A stretch of DNA of 60,792 nucleotides from Octopus bimaculoides (taxonomy: Eukaryota). The stretch lies in NCBI RefSeq assembly GCF_001194135.2, contig NC_069001.1, positions 8,176,178 to 8,236,969 on the forward strand, read 5' to 3'. Numbering within the stretch: position 1 is the first letter of the stretch; every line of letters starts with the position of its first letter. Below the pieces are notes generated by a model that did no database searches, was not told the origin of the DNA, and saw only the letters and a list, made by a program, of their open reading frames with translations. Made by a program: the position numbers and the translations under genes. This document shows, one piece after another, positions 1 through 13,086 of this stretch.

Positions 1-55
<55 letters not shown>

Positions 56-56
56 G
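1..56. repeat. (TA)n/(TATG)n microsatellite
   Basis: Directly visible alternating TA with TATG interruptions. Confidence 0.95.
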
Positions 57-94
57 ATTACGATACTTGACCGGCATAATGGCTGATAATTATT

Positions 95-270
95 ATCGAA
101 ACTGCGGCTGGAATCATGAAGTCAGCTTCGTTGTTTCTGTCTGTTAAGACGTAAATTTACCTTTATACACGAAGAAGTTTTAATAACTACACGAAGCAGA
201 ACAACATTGAAAAACCCAATCTAGCAAGGAGATCATTTTCCTTTGTCGATGTTTCTTAAAAGTGGTAAGT
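95..270 (+). promoter_or_regulatory. Putative TSS motif and non-coding exon 1 of ZNF-1, ending at a GTAAGT donor (265-270)
   Basis: CpG-rich for this window. ATCGAAACTGCGGC (95-108) is identical to the motif upstream of ZNF-3 (19167-19180, minus strand), followed by the same ATGAA-N4-GCTTCGTTG. Canonical donor AGTG|GTAAGT. No transcript evidence. Confidence 0.55.
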
Positions 271-754
271 TTACGGAAATTTCTGTGAATAATAGAATTA
301 TGTTGCCTTCGAAGATGCTGTGATTATAGAGAAGTGAAATCCCATAACACTTAGAAGAAATATCTATATGTCCTAACTTTTTTGTGTAGGATGTTACTTT
401 TTGAAAATTCGAGATGACTGTTACATGTGATATATAACAAGATATAGATACGGCACCAAGAGCAGACTGTCCACTGTACATAGTTTCGAATTTTACTCTT
501 TTAGGGTAATTTCTAACATTCGCACCAGGACTTATATTTTGGGAAGTGCGAAGTGAATTAAATATACTTCAGTGGATTAGTATTTCTTTGATCAAATCCA
601 GAAGTATGAAATTTATATATAATCTTACTGATAACAGAACTTATAATGGTCAAACTAAAGCGTTAACATAGGCATGTAACAAAATACCAATTCTGTTATC
701 CACCACCCCTGTCAATGCAAACATGTACACACATCCCATAAATAGTAGAGAGTA

Positions 755-1309
755 CTTCAGTGGGATCTTTTTTAAAACGGGGGCCACATTTTTCATTAAC
801 GAAACACTTTGAAACTTGGAACACTGGTAGAATGTGTCATATAAAACATCTTTTTCTCTTAGTCTTCTTAAAAAAAAAAAAAGAAATCCATAAATTATTC
901 CATGTTAAAGTTGTCGTATTTCTGTAATTTCAACCAATCACTGACGTCCATTCAGCCGATATACATTAAGTGCCGACTACATAAACAAACGATTCTGAAA
1001 CAATTAATCCTAACCCTAGGGTTAGGGTTAAAGCAAATTTAAAATGAAAAAAGCAAATAAAACGAAGAATCGTTTGTTTATGTAGTCGGCACTTAATGTA
1101 TATCGGCTGAGTGGACGTCAGTGATTGGTTGAAATTATCGAAATAAGACAATTTTTTACATGAAATAAATTCGAATACAAAAATATTTTTCTGTTCTATA
1201 ACACAAAATAGATAAATATACGAAGTTTGAAAGTCTTTCTGTACCAAAAACACTACGTAAAACATTAATGAAAAATGTGGCCCCCGTTTTAAAAAAGATC
1301 CCTTCAGTG
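755..1309. mobile_element. Foldback MITE (TA-flanked, Tc1/mariner-type ends) with a telomere-like palindromic centre
   Basis: Outer IR GGGATCTTTTTTAAAACGGGGGCCACATTTTTCATTAA at ~762-799 and ~1265-1302. Inner 72-bp IR 925-996 / 1066-1137 with one mismatch. TA at 753-754 and 1310-1311. Centre CCTAACCCTAGGGTTAGG (1009-1026). Confidence 0.8.
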
Positions 1310-1529
1310 TATAAAGCGAAAAGTCCCGTTATCTTTGTTCCTCTACACGCAGATGATGTATTGGCACAGCTGTAATCTATTGAACTGAATATACTAAATA
1401 TTTTAGGCAGACAAACAATGGGATAAATTGTAATATCGAAGCTGACTGGCAGGATTTGAACTCTGATCATTAATAAACGAAATTAATTACTACTCGGCGC
1501 GTTAGCATCCGTGAATAAATTGTGTCAAG

Positions 1530-2292
1530 ATAATCCTTTCTACTAAAAGCACAAGGCCTGAAATTTGGAGGAGGGGTAAGTCGATTACATCGACCCTAGT
1601 ATTCAACTGGTACTTACTTTGTCGACTCCGCTAGCTAGTCGTGACTAGTCGATCCTACGACTAACTAGCGCGTCATGCGCAAAACATGCATGAGGGTTTT
1701 TCTAAACAAAGTAAATAATTTTTTTAAAACAAAATAAATAAATTATACACTACCTGTTTTTGGTAAAGGATCCATTAAAAAGTCGGTCTTTCAAAATCTA
1801 CTGTTGTTCAATAGTATCAGTACATGAAGGACATTACAAGTAATTATCTTTTGCGTAACTCCTACCAAATTGGTGGACTTGGGCACATCGTAGAAATAGA
1901 TGAATCCATGATGTGCAAGCGCAAATACAACGGAGGATGGGATAGAGAGGATAAAAATAGGTTCTTCTGAAAAACCAAAATACACCCTGGAAGAACGTAA
2001 AACGACGTTTTAAGAGTAAGATGGGGAAGATTCAACAAAAAAATATTATTTACTTTGTTATAAAAAAAAAAACCCTCTACATGTTTTGCGCATTCACGCT
2101 AGAAAGTCATTGTAAGATCAACTAGTCACGATTAGTTAGCGCGGATACGCGAGTGCGCACACCGGGACCACTCTTCTTGAATAGTACCAAGTAAAGTTGA
2201 CCCTGGTGGAATTCGAAATCAGAACGTAAAAACGAATGCAATGCCACTAAGCATTTTGTCCAACGTGCTAACGGTTCTGCTAGTTCGCCGCC
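1530..2292 (-). mobile_element. tRNA-derived SINE (family A) split by a Merlin insertion
   Basis: 3' half at 1530-1627 (GCACAAGGCC...CAACTGGTACTTA) and tRNA-like head at 2189-2292 (B-box-like GATTTCGAATTCC on minus). Same family as the intact copy at 7119-7335. Confidence 0.8.
1628..2188 (+). mobile_element. Non-autonomous Merlin (IS1016/ISXO2-like) DNA transposon with internally deleted transposase
   Basis: 1869-1937 translates IGGLGHIVEIDESMMCKRKYNGG, the Merlin first-D motif (GG.G..VEIDES...RKY). ~100-bp imperfect TIRs at 1628-1735 / ~2040-2145. Right end reads GGTACTATTC inward from 2188; the outer part of the left TIR is missing. Confidence 0.8.
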
Positions 2293-2379
2293 AGAACACG
2301 GCCAATAATTTTACGGAGAGAAGGAGCTTTATGCTAGTTGAGTGTTAAAATATAAAGGAAAGGGCTAAAGCAGAACAGG

Positions 2380-2750
2380 TTTCTTATTGTAGAGGAGCTA
2401 CATGGTTTCTCACATTTTAGAAGAGAGAGTGGGGATGATCAGGATACAGCTGGGAAGAGACAAAAAATAGTGGTGTTGAGATGTGTAGGGGGACCCACAA
2501 GGCACAAGGTGAGTAGAAGTGAGTGGGGACAGAGAAACTGGGAGTGTGGTTGAGTAGAGAGTGCAAGCGAATAGGGGAGTGATGTGTGTGTGTGAATGTA
2601 ATAAATGAAGAATATGGGTGGAGAGGACAGCATAAGGATGAAGGAAGGACATCAAGTAAAATGGTTCTGAGCAATGAGAAAGATTAGGTTAGTGGTGTCA
2701 AAGAAAAGCTACAGTTAGAAAGATATGATGTGTAGAGGATGTCTTGAAGA
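2380..2750 (-). mobile_element. Possible highly decayed LINE fragment
   Basis: Strong purine/pyrimidine strand asymmetry typical of I/Nimb-like LINE relics; no clean motif recovered. Confidence 0.25.
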
Positions 2751-3453
2751 GGAAACTGGTTATGCATATATATATTTATATATATGCACAGCATATGGAG
2801 TTGATACCTCCTCTATTGTACAGTTCATAAGTCTTCTCAGTAAGGATTAGTTTAGAACTAAAAAATAACTGATCTTCCTAGCAAGATCAGTTGCTCAGTC
2901 AGCTAGAAATAACAATCATGTATATTGTAGTTCTAGAGGTTCACAACTTGAGAGAAGGACAAGATGATCATGGCTGAAGACTTCATGGTAAAGGTTTACA
3001 TCTACTGTTCACCAGTATAGAAATGTAGTGAAATTTCCTCTGTTTAATCAATGTTTTTTTAAAGTTCTATCTATATCTAATACTGTTTCTTTATTATTTC
3101 AGAATATCGGATGACTTTGACATAAGTTTTTACATGAGATGCATCATCAATGTTTATCATCTTTTAAAGACTTGAGGAAGTTGTTATACAAAACAGATAT
3201 AACCCATTTTTATATAAATCTGTAGAAGAATCAGTTTGGAAAACTTCTGCAGGTTGGAATTATTACCGATATTCTTTTACCTCACCGTCTTGAATGGACA
3301 TAAGATAATTAAATATAAACATAGTTACAAAACATCAGCATCTTCTGGTATCAACAAAATATCACAGTTGATTGAAATATAGCAGAAATACTAAAAATTG
3401 AAAAAAAGAAATATATCTATGTATTGTGGTGAAAATAAGAAAAATTATGGAAA

Positions 3454-4662
3454 ATGAATCCTGAAAGGATTGATTCTGATGGGATGCTGAAAGTAGATGG
3501 GGAAACATTATACAACTGTGATGTCTGTAAAAAGTCATTCTCTCAGAAGGATAACCTGACTTCTCATAAATGTATTCATAGAGGAGAAAAACCAAATCAC
3601 CGTGGTAACTCACTCTCTCAAGTAACTACGAACAAAAGTATTTATGCAGAAGAGAAATCATATCCCTGTGATGAGTCATTCTCTCAAAGATCTAGTTTAT
3701 CTAGTCACAAATATATTCATACAGAAGAAAGACCATTTCACTGTGATATCTGTGGTAAATCATTCTCTCAAACACGAAGATTAACAACTCACAAACGCAT
3801 TCATACAGGAGAAAGACCATATAATTGTAATATCTGTGATAAATCATTCTCTCAAACAAGTAACTTGACTACTCACATACGCATTCATACAGGTGAGAAA
3901 CCATTTTACTGTGATATCTGTGGTAAATCATTCTCTGCGAAATGTATCTTAACTAAACACAGGCGTATTCATACAGGAGAGAAGCCCTATCACTGTAATA
4001 TCTGCGGTAAATCCTTCTCTACAAGTAGTGACCTAACTAAACACATACGCATTCATACAGGGGAGAAACCATATCACTGTGATATCTGTGGTAAATCATT
4101 CAGTGAAACAGGTCACTTAACTACTCACAAATTTATTCATACAGGAGAAAAACCATATCAGTGTGATATCTGTAATAAATCATTCTCTGAAAAATATAAA
4201 TTAACTCGACACAAGAATATTCACACTGGAGAGAAGACTTATCCATGTGATATCTGTGGTAAATCATTCATTCTAAGAAGTCATTTGACTACTCACAAAC
4301 GCATTCATACAGGAGAGAAGCCCTTTCACTGTGATATCTGTGGTAAAGCATTCTCTCAAATAAGTGAATTATCTTCTCACAAACGTATCCATACAGGAGA
4401 GAAGCCATATCACTGTGATATCTGTGGTAATTCATTCTCTCATGGACATACTTTAACTAACCACAAACGCATTCACACCGGAGATAAACCATACCATTGT
4501 GATGTCTGTGGTACTTCCTTCTCTCAAACTGGTAACTTAACAAGACACAAACGCATTCATACAGGAGAGAAACTATACAATTGTGATATCTGTAGTAAAT
4601 CATTCTCCCATGTAACTTCATTGACTAACCACAGGCATATTCATACAGCAGAGAAAGATTAA
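3454..4662 (+). CDS. ZNF-1: C2H2 zinc-finger protein, 12 intact + 2 degenerate fingers
   Basis: 402-aa ORF of CxxC-X12-HxxxH repeats with TGEKP linkers. Family acceptor TTTCAG|AATATC at 3102/3103; AATAAA at 4859. The family start ATG (3447) is out of frame (MENES*), so the true start (3454 or the downstream MLKVDG) is uncertain. Confidence 0.93.
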   Translation: MNPERIDSDGMLKVDGETLYNCDVCKKSFSQKDNLTSHKCIHRGEKPNHRGNSLSQVTTNKSIYAEEKSYPCDESFSQRSSLSSHKYIHTEERPFHCDICGKSFSQTRRLTTHKRIHTGERPYNCNICDKSFSQTSNLTTHIRIHTGEKPFYCDICGKSFSAKCILTKHRRIHTGEKPYHCNICGKSFSTSSDLTKHIRIHTGEKPYHCDICGKSFSETGHLTTHKFIHTGEKPYQCDICNKSFSEKYKLTRHKNIHTGEKTYPCDICGKSFILRSHLTTHKRIHTGEKPFHCDICGKAFSQISELSSHKRIHTGEKPYHCDICGNSFSHGHTLTNHKRIHTGDKPYHCDVCGTSFSQTGNLTRHKRIHTGEKLYNCDICSKSFSHVTSLTNHRHIHTAEKD

Positions 4663-5039
4663 CTACAAATATCAATGATATTTATGGTTAATCTTTCTGA
4701 GAAATGTTACTTGTCTATATATGTCTGCATTATATAAACATTATATACTTCCAGAAAGTAAAAAAGATATTTATTTGGAGTTATGGGTAAATAACTGAGA
4801 AATGTATTATTGTCATAAATTAAGCATATCATTGTACAGTTATTTTGCTAGAAATATAAATAAAAGAAGGGATAGGTTGCAGGCTTAATTGTACTGGTGT
4901 CAGACATCAAATAAATGTTCCCTAAAACAATCAGATTGCTGCCAGCCATTTTCATCAATATATATATATAATACTCTGTTTAATGCAATAGATGATGTTT
5001 TATTGAGTACAGGTAAAGTAACCAGTAACCTGGAAGTTT

Positions 5040-5660
5040 ACGCTAAGTCTATGGAAGGTGGTGATGTTCTACAAAAGGAACAGATGTTGCTGTAGGAGTA
5101 CACAGAGGGTTCAAGTTAAGTATGCAAAAGGATAAAGGAGCTGGGAATTAGAGGGTTATGCAGATTTGTCATTCTGTTTGAAAAGAGGAAGAGAGGGCAT
5201 TCAGTAAAAGTGCAGAAAGTGATGGGATCAGGTTGAAAGAGACAAGTTCTGTAAGATAGTATGCTAAATGATGTGGAAGGTAGTTGGTTGTAGGGCAGAG
5301 GCACAGAAAGGAGCAACAGTATGCAACCTCAGAAGCTGGTTGAAGATAACCATGTAGAACGTAGTGAACTATGTGGGGTCATCAAGCATCAAAGGTGGGA
5401 AGGCAGAATCATTGTAAGGATGGAGTGAAGTGAAATCAAGGTAAGAGTGGGTATTGAGGTTGTAAAAGATAAAATTGGACAAGTTGGAGGTGGCAATAGA
5501 AAAGATTCAATAAGTTATCAGGTGGGAGAGATGAAGAAAGTAAAAACTAGAGCAGAGTGGAAGGGGTTAAAAGCAACGAAGATGAGTTGTTCATGGGTAA
5601 AGGAGTTGGCTCTGATGCCATTGTCATTTTTGTATGTTGTTTGGGGTTGAACATGTCTCT
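5040..5660 (-). mobile_element. Decayed LINE reverse-transcriptase relic (I/Nimb-like)
   Basis: Minus strand gives fragmentary matches to RT subdomain 1-2 (ATVAPF...PTTNY.P). Many frameshifts and stops. Confidence 0.3.
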
Positions 5661-5799
5661 TGTAAAGAATATTAATACATTTCTCAAATCTTTTGTGATC
5701 TCAATGGCATGGTACTAATTTCAGAGGTGAAGAATTTAGCCAAAGTCATTTGCCATTTAGAGCTCTCATATTTCTAAATGTGGCCCAGTATAGTGACTG

Positions 5800-6870
5800 A
5801 GTTAATTATACTCGGCCTAAACTGTTTTATAGTCTCTGCATTGGCCTCCTTCAGCAAATATATACCTTCTGCCTTACACCAATATTCTACTAGAGGCTCT
5901 TCACGCCACAGCTATTGGAGTAGGACAAAGAGCTTTTGCAGACGATTGCTATATTTATAAACTTTATATGAGACACCATCACCTCCTGGGGCACTCTTAG
6001 CTCTAGCTTTCCTTACGAAATCATTCACCTCTCACTCCCTTCAATATCAGGTTCTGAGAGATGATTTAGCCAATGTAGAGGTGGCAGTGTGGATCACTGT
6101 AGGTTTTTTTGATATGAGCATCCAATTCTTTTGTGCACGATAAAGAGCCACTCTTCAGTCCAGTGAACAGCTTCTTAGTAAACCCATACGGGTCCTTCAG
6201 AAACTGCCCCCCGAGTCCTTTTATTCTCTTATTGGCGGATATGTCGTTGCACATAACAACATTTCCTTTTCAAATCGTTATACAGCAGCAGCGAGGCCAG
6301 GTTTTTCATCTTTTGCAGCACATTTCCATCGCTTTCTTAGGTTGGTCTTTTCCTTCCTCAACTGTTTCATTTTCCTGATCCTCCTGCTTGGTCCACACTT
6401 TCCTTTCACTAATTCAATATTCTCTTTCACTCCAAATAATTCCTTTCCTGTATCGTAAATTGAGCTTGTTAATTTTCCCAGTTTCTCCACTGTAGATCCT
6501 GTCATTTTATAAAGAGCTCGACATACCTTGTTTTCAAACTCTTTATATTTTCCTTTCTCATTAGCAGTAGGCCACAAGACCTCAGTTTCCTCCGAGTACA
6601 ATCTGATGCACCAGTTTCATAACTTGCAGTTTCCTGACGGGAAGAGGTCTTTGCTGTAACATCTATCAATCCACTGTGGTTTGAGTCCGGGGATAATTTG
6701 CCACATGTTTTACAATCAGATGATCCACACTGCTCTGTCTTCTTCTCACAAGTCTTTCCCTGATGTATCTTCAAGCCTCTCACAGTTGCAAAGTGTCGAA
6801 CTTCTTCCAGTAGTTTGTAAAAATAAGTTTATCTCCACCTTCAATTGCTTTCATAAATTGTTAGACATGC
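5800..6870 (-). mobile_element. HERO-like (R2 superfamily) non-LTR retrotransposon relic, 5' part (N-terminal Zn finger to RT0/1)
   Basis: Minus-strand peptides RGLKIHQGKTC; FLKDPYGFTKKLFTGLKSGSLSCTKELDAHIKKTYSDP; EVNDFVRKARAKSAPGGDGVSYKVYKY...WCKAEGIYLLKEANAETIKQFRP match HERO-clade ORF motifs. Stops and frameshifts are present. Confidence 0.75.
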
Positions 6871-7118
6871 TTTTAAGCTTCTTTGTGTAGAACAGTACAG
6901 TTAGTGGGAGCAGTATGAATCTAATTTTCTATGTATTCTAAGAAACCATCACTAAGGATTGAACCTATGCTGCTACACCTTTGTAGGTAAAGAAATGAAG
7001 TACTAATGTATCATGATCAGTTTGTTCAGACGATTATCAATTAAGAACAAAGAATGATTTGTATTTTCAGTAAGGTAAAAACTATTTTAAGGGGCAGGGT
7101 ATGACCTGGAACAATAAT

Positions 7119-7335
7119 CTTTTCTACTCTAGGCACAAGGCCCGAAATTTTTAGGGAGGGAGCCAGTCGATTAGATCAACCCCAGTACACAACTAGTACT
7201 TAAATTATCGACTCTGAAAGGATAAATGGCGAAGTCAACCTTGGCAGAATTTGAACTCAGAGCATAAAGACAGACGAAATACTGCTGGGCATTTCACCTG
7301 ACATGCTAACGTTTCTGCTAGCTCGTCACTTTGGT
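7119..7335 (-). mobile_element. Full-length tRNA-derived SINE (family A) with a 15-bp TSD
   Basis: TSD ACCTGGAACAATAAT at 7104-7118 and 7336-7350. A/B-box-like head on minus (GAGTTCAAATTC). Confidence 0.88.
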
Positions 7336-7679
7336 ACCTGGAACAATAATGAGAAAATATTTTATGTGATTCTTACTCTTTCACTGAAAGTGGAGGCTGC
7401 CTTGAGATTTCTGGACACTTTCCAGGTTTTAGCATCCAGAGGCTGCCACAAGATTTTTTTTTTGTAGTGCACTTGGACACTGTACAAAACAAGTTTATTA
7501 TTATTTTATATATATCAATAATTATACAATATTGCTATATATACACATCATCTTCTTTCACTAATAAGAGGTCCCACCTACTGGATTGCTTACCTAGTAC
7601 TCAATCTTAATTTTTTCAACCTGGGATCAATTCCATTAAAAATGTGGAGTTATGCCATAGAGGCAACCAGGCATCATAC

Positions 7680-8470
7680 CTCTACATCTCTTCTCTAACC
7701 AGGTTTCATCATAACCTTTCAACCATATCCAATGGCTGGCTCTCTTAACTGTTAACTAAATCTCTTTCAAAACAGTTAACTTGACGATGATTCACACCAA
7801 TTTATAACAACCATCCTCTAATTCTAATTACAATACAATCCTTACATCCAAATACAACAAGAATGTGTTCTGCACTCCAACTAATATCTTTACAAATTTC
7901 TAGTAGCATTCTATAACACTCATCTTTCCTAAACAGTGCAACAATCAATATTGTCCTCGTGTGGAACAGTTAAATCAACAAAATGCACTCTAGATCAAAA
8001 TGCTATATCAGAATTCTCATTGTTGGTTTTGGAAAGAGGCGTTCACATTCTGAAAGATTTGCTGCCTCCTTCCAAACCCCATCTCAGTTCTAGTCGTTGA
8101 GAGCTTTCACTTTCTGTTTTGGGTAACCATCTTGACCCTGTCGCACATGTGTCATAAACCATTTACTGCCATTCTTCTTCAGCTTCTTGCTGCCATTGAT
8201 CATTTCCATCTACTTCTTAGCAGCACTATAAAGAATTTTGAGAACTTCAAGGTGTCTCCATGTATACCTTTCTGCTATGATGGAGTGATGCTAGAGCTGT
8301 GAAATATTGCATGCATTAATCGACACTTATTGTTTCTTTCCAGGTAAACTGACGTCTGACTGTTTAAAGGAAGACTTCAAAAGTAACTAGACTTCTCTTG
8401 GAAATCGACATTTGGTATCATGATCATATCAAGTACCTGCAGAAAAAGGGTTTTGCCCCCTAGGTCATTT
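7680..8470 (-). mobile_element. HERO-like retrotransposon relic, 3' part (restriction-like endonuclease region)
   Basis: Minus-strand peptides RYTWRHLEVLKIL, VHFVDLTVPHEDNID, ICKDISWSAEHILVVFGCK and KRASHWIWLK resemble HERO/R2 RLE motifs (RYRWRHDQVL, IELTVPWEE, ASRWLWIK). Confidence 0.7.
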
Positions 8471-8880
8471 CATGTTGACATGGTTGCTACATTAGGAGAT
8501 GATGCACCAGATTTATCAACATGAAAACGTGGGCATCTGAATTTAGGAGAAGGGTGAGTTTTGAAGATGACCCAAGGACTGGACGGCCTGCAACTGCCAC
8601 CATTGATCGTGTTCACCACGTGGTGACGGATGACAGACGATTGACTATAAATCAAATGCCAGTGTTATTAGCATATCCCCGTGAGAGAGTTGAGAATATT
8701 CTGCACAGTGAACATGGCATGACGAAGGTCTCTCTTCGGTGAGCGCCACGTCTTCCGACACCTGAACAAAAGCGCTCCATTACGGGAAAATCTGATATTG
8801 TTTGAATTAGATCCGGCTGGTTTCCTTGGACGTTTCCTAACCCATGTTGAGTGTTGGATTCATCATTTCGCTCCGATTTA
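8470..8880 (+). mobile_element. mariner transposase relic (N-terminal HTH region)
   Basis: Translates DMVATLGDDAP...WASEFRR...EDDPRTGRPATAT...DDRRLT...ERVENILH...GMTKVS, then a degenerate WVPR-like motif. Frameshifted. Confidence 0.8.
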
Positions 8881-9769
8881 TTGCTATTTGCTCAATAATC
8901 ATTTTCTACTCGACCGAGTGGTGGTGGAGCATGATTGTGTATTTAGAATACAAACGTACAATGCAAAGTATAGAAAATAAATAGGTGAAGTAACCACCGG
9001 ATGGGGGTGGTCACGGTACAAAAACTCAGCCGTCAGACAAAGAAAACGTAGTAAACAGATATTTCTTTCCAAAATTCACACTTAACTAAAATTTGAATAT
9101 ATCTCGCGATGAACCCTACGTTCTGCGTTTTAAAACCATGTACCAATTCGAATATCTTAAAATAATAACGGGCTCTGTAGTAACAGATAGTTTACTTAGC
9201 CACATAACAAAATACAATAAACTGTAGACGATAATTCATCGAAAGAATAGGGGATGTAATGAAAGTTATTTTTCCTTACATATGTGATTTTAAATACGCA
9301 TGTTCAACAAGCGTGTCTTCCGTTTCCGTTTTGAATCCATCTTGATGTTTTAGCTCGAATTATTTCTGTCATCTCCCACACACAAACAAAAACGTATCAA
9401 AGTACTTTAGAAAACATTTCTGTAAGTATTAAAGATCGACATTATTCAGTCACGAAAAAAAAAAGCACTCTTATGCATGTGAGTCCAGTTTCGAAACAAA
9501 ATGAATAGATTCGTTTTTCGTTTCACAACCAACAATTTCGCTTTTTCAGACTTCATATTTTTAATAACAAAAACCTTCAACAAATGTTATAAGGTTTCGT
9601 TACTTCTGTTTCTTTTAACATTTATAAAGAAAAAAAGTCGAAACGAGTTATTGAAATAACTTTTAAAGGCTAAGGTTATGTATAAACAGTAAAATTACTT
9701 AGATCCTTGCCTTACTTCTGGAATTTTGGAAAAGCTCTATTTTATCTTTATATTTATGGATCTGTTTTG

Positions 9770-10745
9770 GGCATAACTACAGGGTTTTACCCCCCAGACT
9801 TTGGGAGGTCATAACTTTCAGAAAAATGAATATTTTTAAATGAAATTTTCTATGCATATAGTATTTACTATGTAGAATCCGAATATACAAAAATGGGGGT
9901 GGGGGACAATTTTCGGAAATTCCAACAGAGTCCACTTAAATTCTTCTTAACTTCCAGGAAAATTAATATTTTTTCGTGAAATTTTCTACAAATATACCTT
10001 GATGTATGTACATTTCGAGCATGTAGGAATTTTGAAGGAAACAACTGCAGGTTATTTTTGAGAAGCGTTCCCCACTCAGTGGTGTTTCGGAGCAAGTCGT
10101 CCATATTTGTTTCATTTTTCTCTATTATGTGCGNNNNNNNNNNNNNNNNNNNNNNNNNNNTAGACAGTGAAGAGAAGCCGTCATAAGAAAACTTTCGTTA
10201 AAAATAACATGCACACGATTTTTTTTCCTCAATAGAAGTAAATTCCAAAGTAAACGTTTCTAGTAGAGAAGTAGAAGAGAACAGGAGCAAAAATAGGAAT
10301 ATACACGCACGGTAAAATATAGAAACTATAGTGTCGCTTCCCGAAGAATTTTAAAATGTTAGCTTTCCTAAACTTTTTTTCAATCTTGCAAAAACACGAA
10401 GATTAAGAATAAACAGAAAAAGTACACAAATATATTTTACACACCTGTCGTATACGTCGGTTTTGTTTTTTTTTCACTTTAAAGGTGGTTATGTTATTTT
10501 GTTGGGATATTTCACGAAAAAATATTAATTTTCCTGGAAGTTAAGAAGAATTTAAGTGGACTCTGTTGGAATTTCCGAAAATTGTCCCCCACCCCCATTC
10601 CAAAACACTTTCACCGGAAATTTTTCTATATTCGGATTCTACATAGTAAATACTATATGCATAGAAAATTTCATTAAAAAATATTCATTTTTTCTGTAAG
10701 TTATGACCTCCCAAAGTCTGGGGGGTAAAACCCTGTAGTTATGCC
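9770..10745. mobile_element. Non-autonomous DNA transposon with ~215-bp TIRs and an 8-bp TSD (Merlin-like signature)
   Basis: TIR GGCATAACTACAGGGTTTTACCCCCCAGACTTTGGGAGGTCATAAC... at 9770-~9985 mirrored at ~10508-10745. CTGTTTTG is duplicated at 9762-9769 and 10746-10753 (alternatively a 6-bp TGTTTT TSD with GGG ends). Contains a 27-N gap. Confidence 0.78.
10134..10160. other. Assembly gap (27 N)
   Basis: Directly visible. Confidence 1.
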
Positions 10746-11089
10746 CTGTTTTGCAAGATTCTTGATGTGAAATCGTGTGTTAAAACCGATATTGCTATAT
10801 TTCGGGATGGTCATTTTTTTGTTTTCTTGTCAAATAAACACACGCTCTATATATTCGTTCTTCACACGTTTATTATTGTTCTTAATTTATCTTATTTGCA
10901 TTGTTTGGAAATCTTTCATCACACATCTGTGACCTCTTCAGCGACCCTTTCCATCCACGTGTGTCCTCCTGCTCCACCAGTCCATTCTCAGAGAATGGAA
11001 GAGAAGAACAATAATAACTGAGTATTTTGTTGCATCTTTTATCTCTTGAATCAATAGCTTCCTATTAGTTTGCATCCTTGTGGCATATG

Positions 11090-11610
11090 TTGACAGAACT
11101 GTTTCTGTCCTACAGTGCCCCAGGATTCAGTTTTCTCCTCCAGTCTCATCCCCCTATACATTAATGACTTAATTGCAGCCGTATCTAACAATGCCCATTA
11201 AATAATACTACCCTTCATTCCTCCCTAATCTTCTGCAACCATGCACTGTCCATGTACAACTTAGACATCACATGCCTTTAAGATCATCCTACAGTGGAGC
11301 CATGCCAATTTTGTCAATTTTAGCAGTAAAAAACCTCAAGCACTTCTCCCATTAATAAGACACTATGATACCATGCATCCCCTAAACATGAATGACTCAG
11401 TTAGAGCCCCCATAGTCACTCCAACTGTTGGGCCTTGCTATCACTGAGGATCTCTCATGATGATAGTAGATTTTCAACACAGCTAAGACTGTATCCCAAA
11501 GACTGCCATTTCTCTTCGGAGCTAGAAAATATTTCACCTCCCAATAAATTTCTAACACCCTACAAAGCACAAATGAGGCCCACAATGGTGTATTGCTCCC
11601 ATATCCTGGA
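11090..11610 (+). mobile_element. CR1/L2-group LINE RT relic
   Basis: VPQDSVFS (cf. GVPQGSVLSP) at 11115; ARKYF...LTPYKAQMRPTMVYCSHI at ~11520-11605. Confidence 0.7.
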
Positions 11611-12140
11611 CTGCATCCAAAAGGGGGACATTCTGTAAATAAGTAGATTTCATAAGGCTTGTCTAATATAATTTTTATAACAAACTGAAAAAAAGTTCAG
11701 TTGTTCAACTAAAGCCTGATATCTACAGTTTAGTAATATAGGAACATTGTAAAATTTCCAATGCTGAATCTCTACTTTTTAAGCATTTTCTATATCTTAC
11801 ATTGTTTCTTTATCATTTCAGAATATCGAATGATACTGACACCAAAGAATTTTTACTTCAGATGCATCAATAATGTTTATCATCTTTTTAAACTAAAGAA
11901 AAATGTTCTACAGAACAGATCTAGTCCAGTTGACACAAATCTATCGTAAAATACTCTGAAATATTTCTTTTGATTGCATCTCTTAATATCTTTCTATTTT
12001 ACTGTTTGGAATATATCCAAAATGATTTTTACAGAGAAGTTTGCAGCATCCTCTCATATTGACAAAGATAATAATTGATGGAAATATAGTAACAGATAAA
12101 GTTATTACTTATAAAATATATATTAGTAATAATATACATG

Positions 12141-12176
<36 letters not shown>

Positions 12177-12207
12177 TGAAAGAAGAAAAAAAACTATGTA
12201 AAATTAA

Positions 12208-13086
<879 letters not shown>

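Noticed and set aside
1009-1030. Telomere-fusion scar
   Set aside because: Only about two repeats per side and centred in a TA-flanked foldback element; better explained as part of the MITE.
1869-1937. Bacterial IS1595/ISXO2 contamination
   Set aside because: Nested in a host SINE and contiguous with eukaryotic sequence; Merlin is the eukaryotic branch of this family.
3103-3446. Hidden KRAB-like or other coding domain in the conserved segment between acceptor and ATG
   Set aside because: In the paralogues checked it has stops and indels with no shared open frame; treated as 5'UTR.
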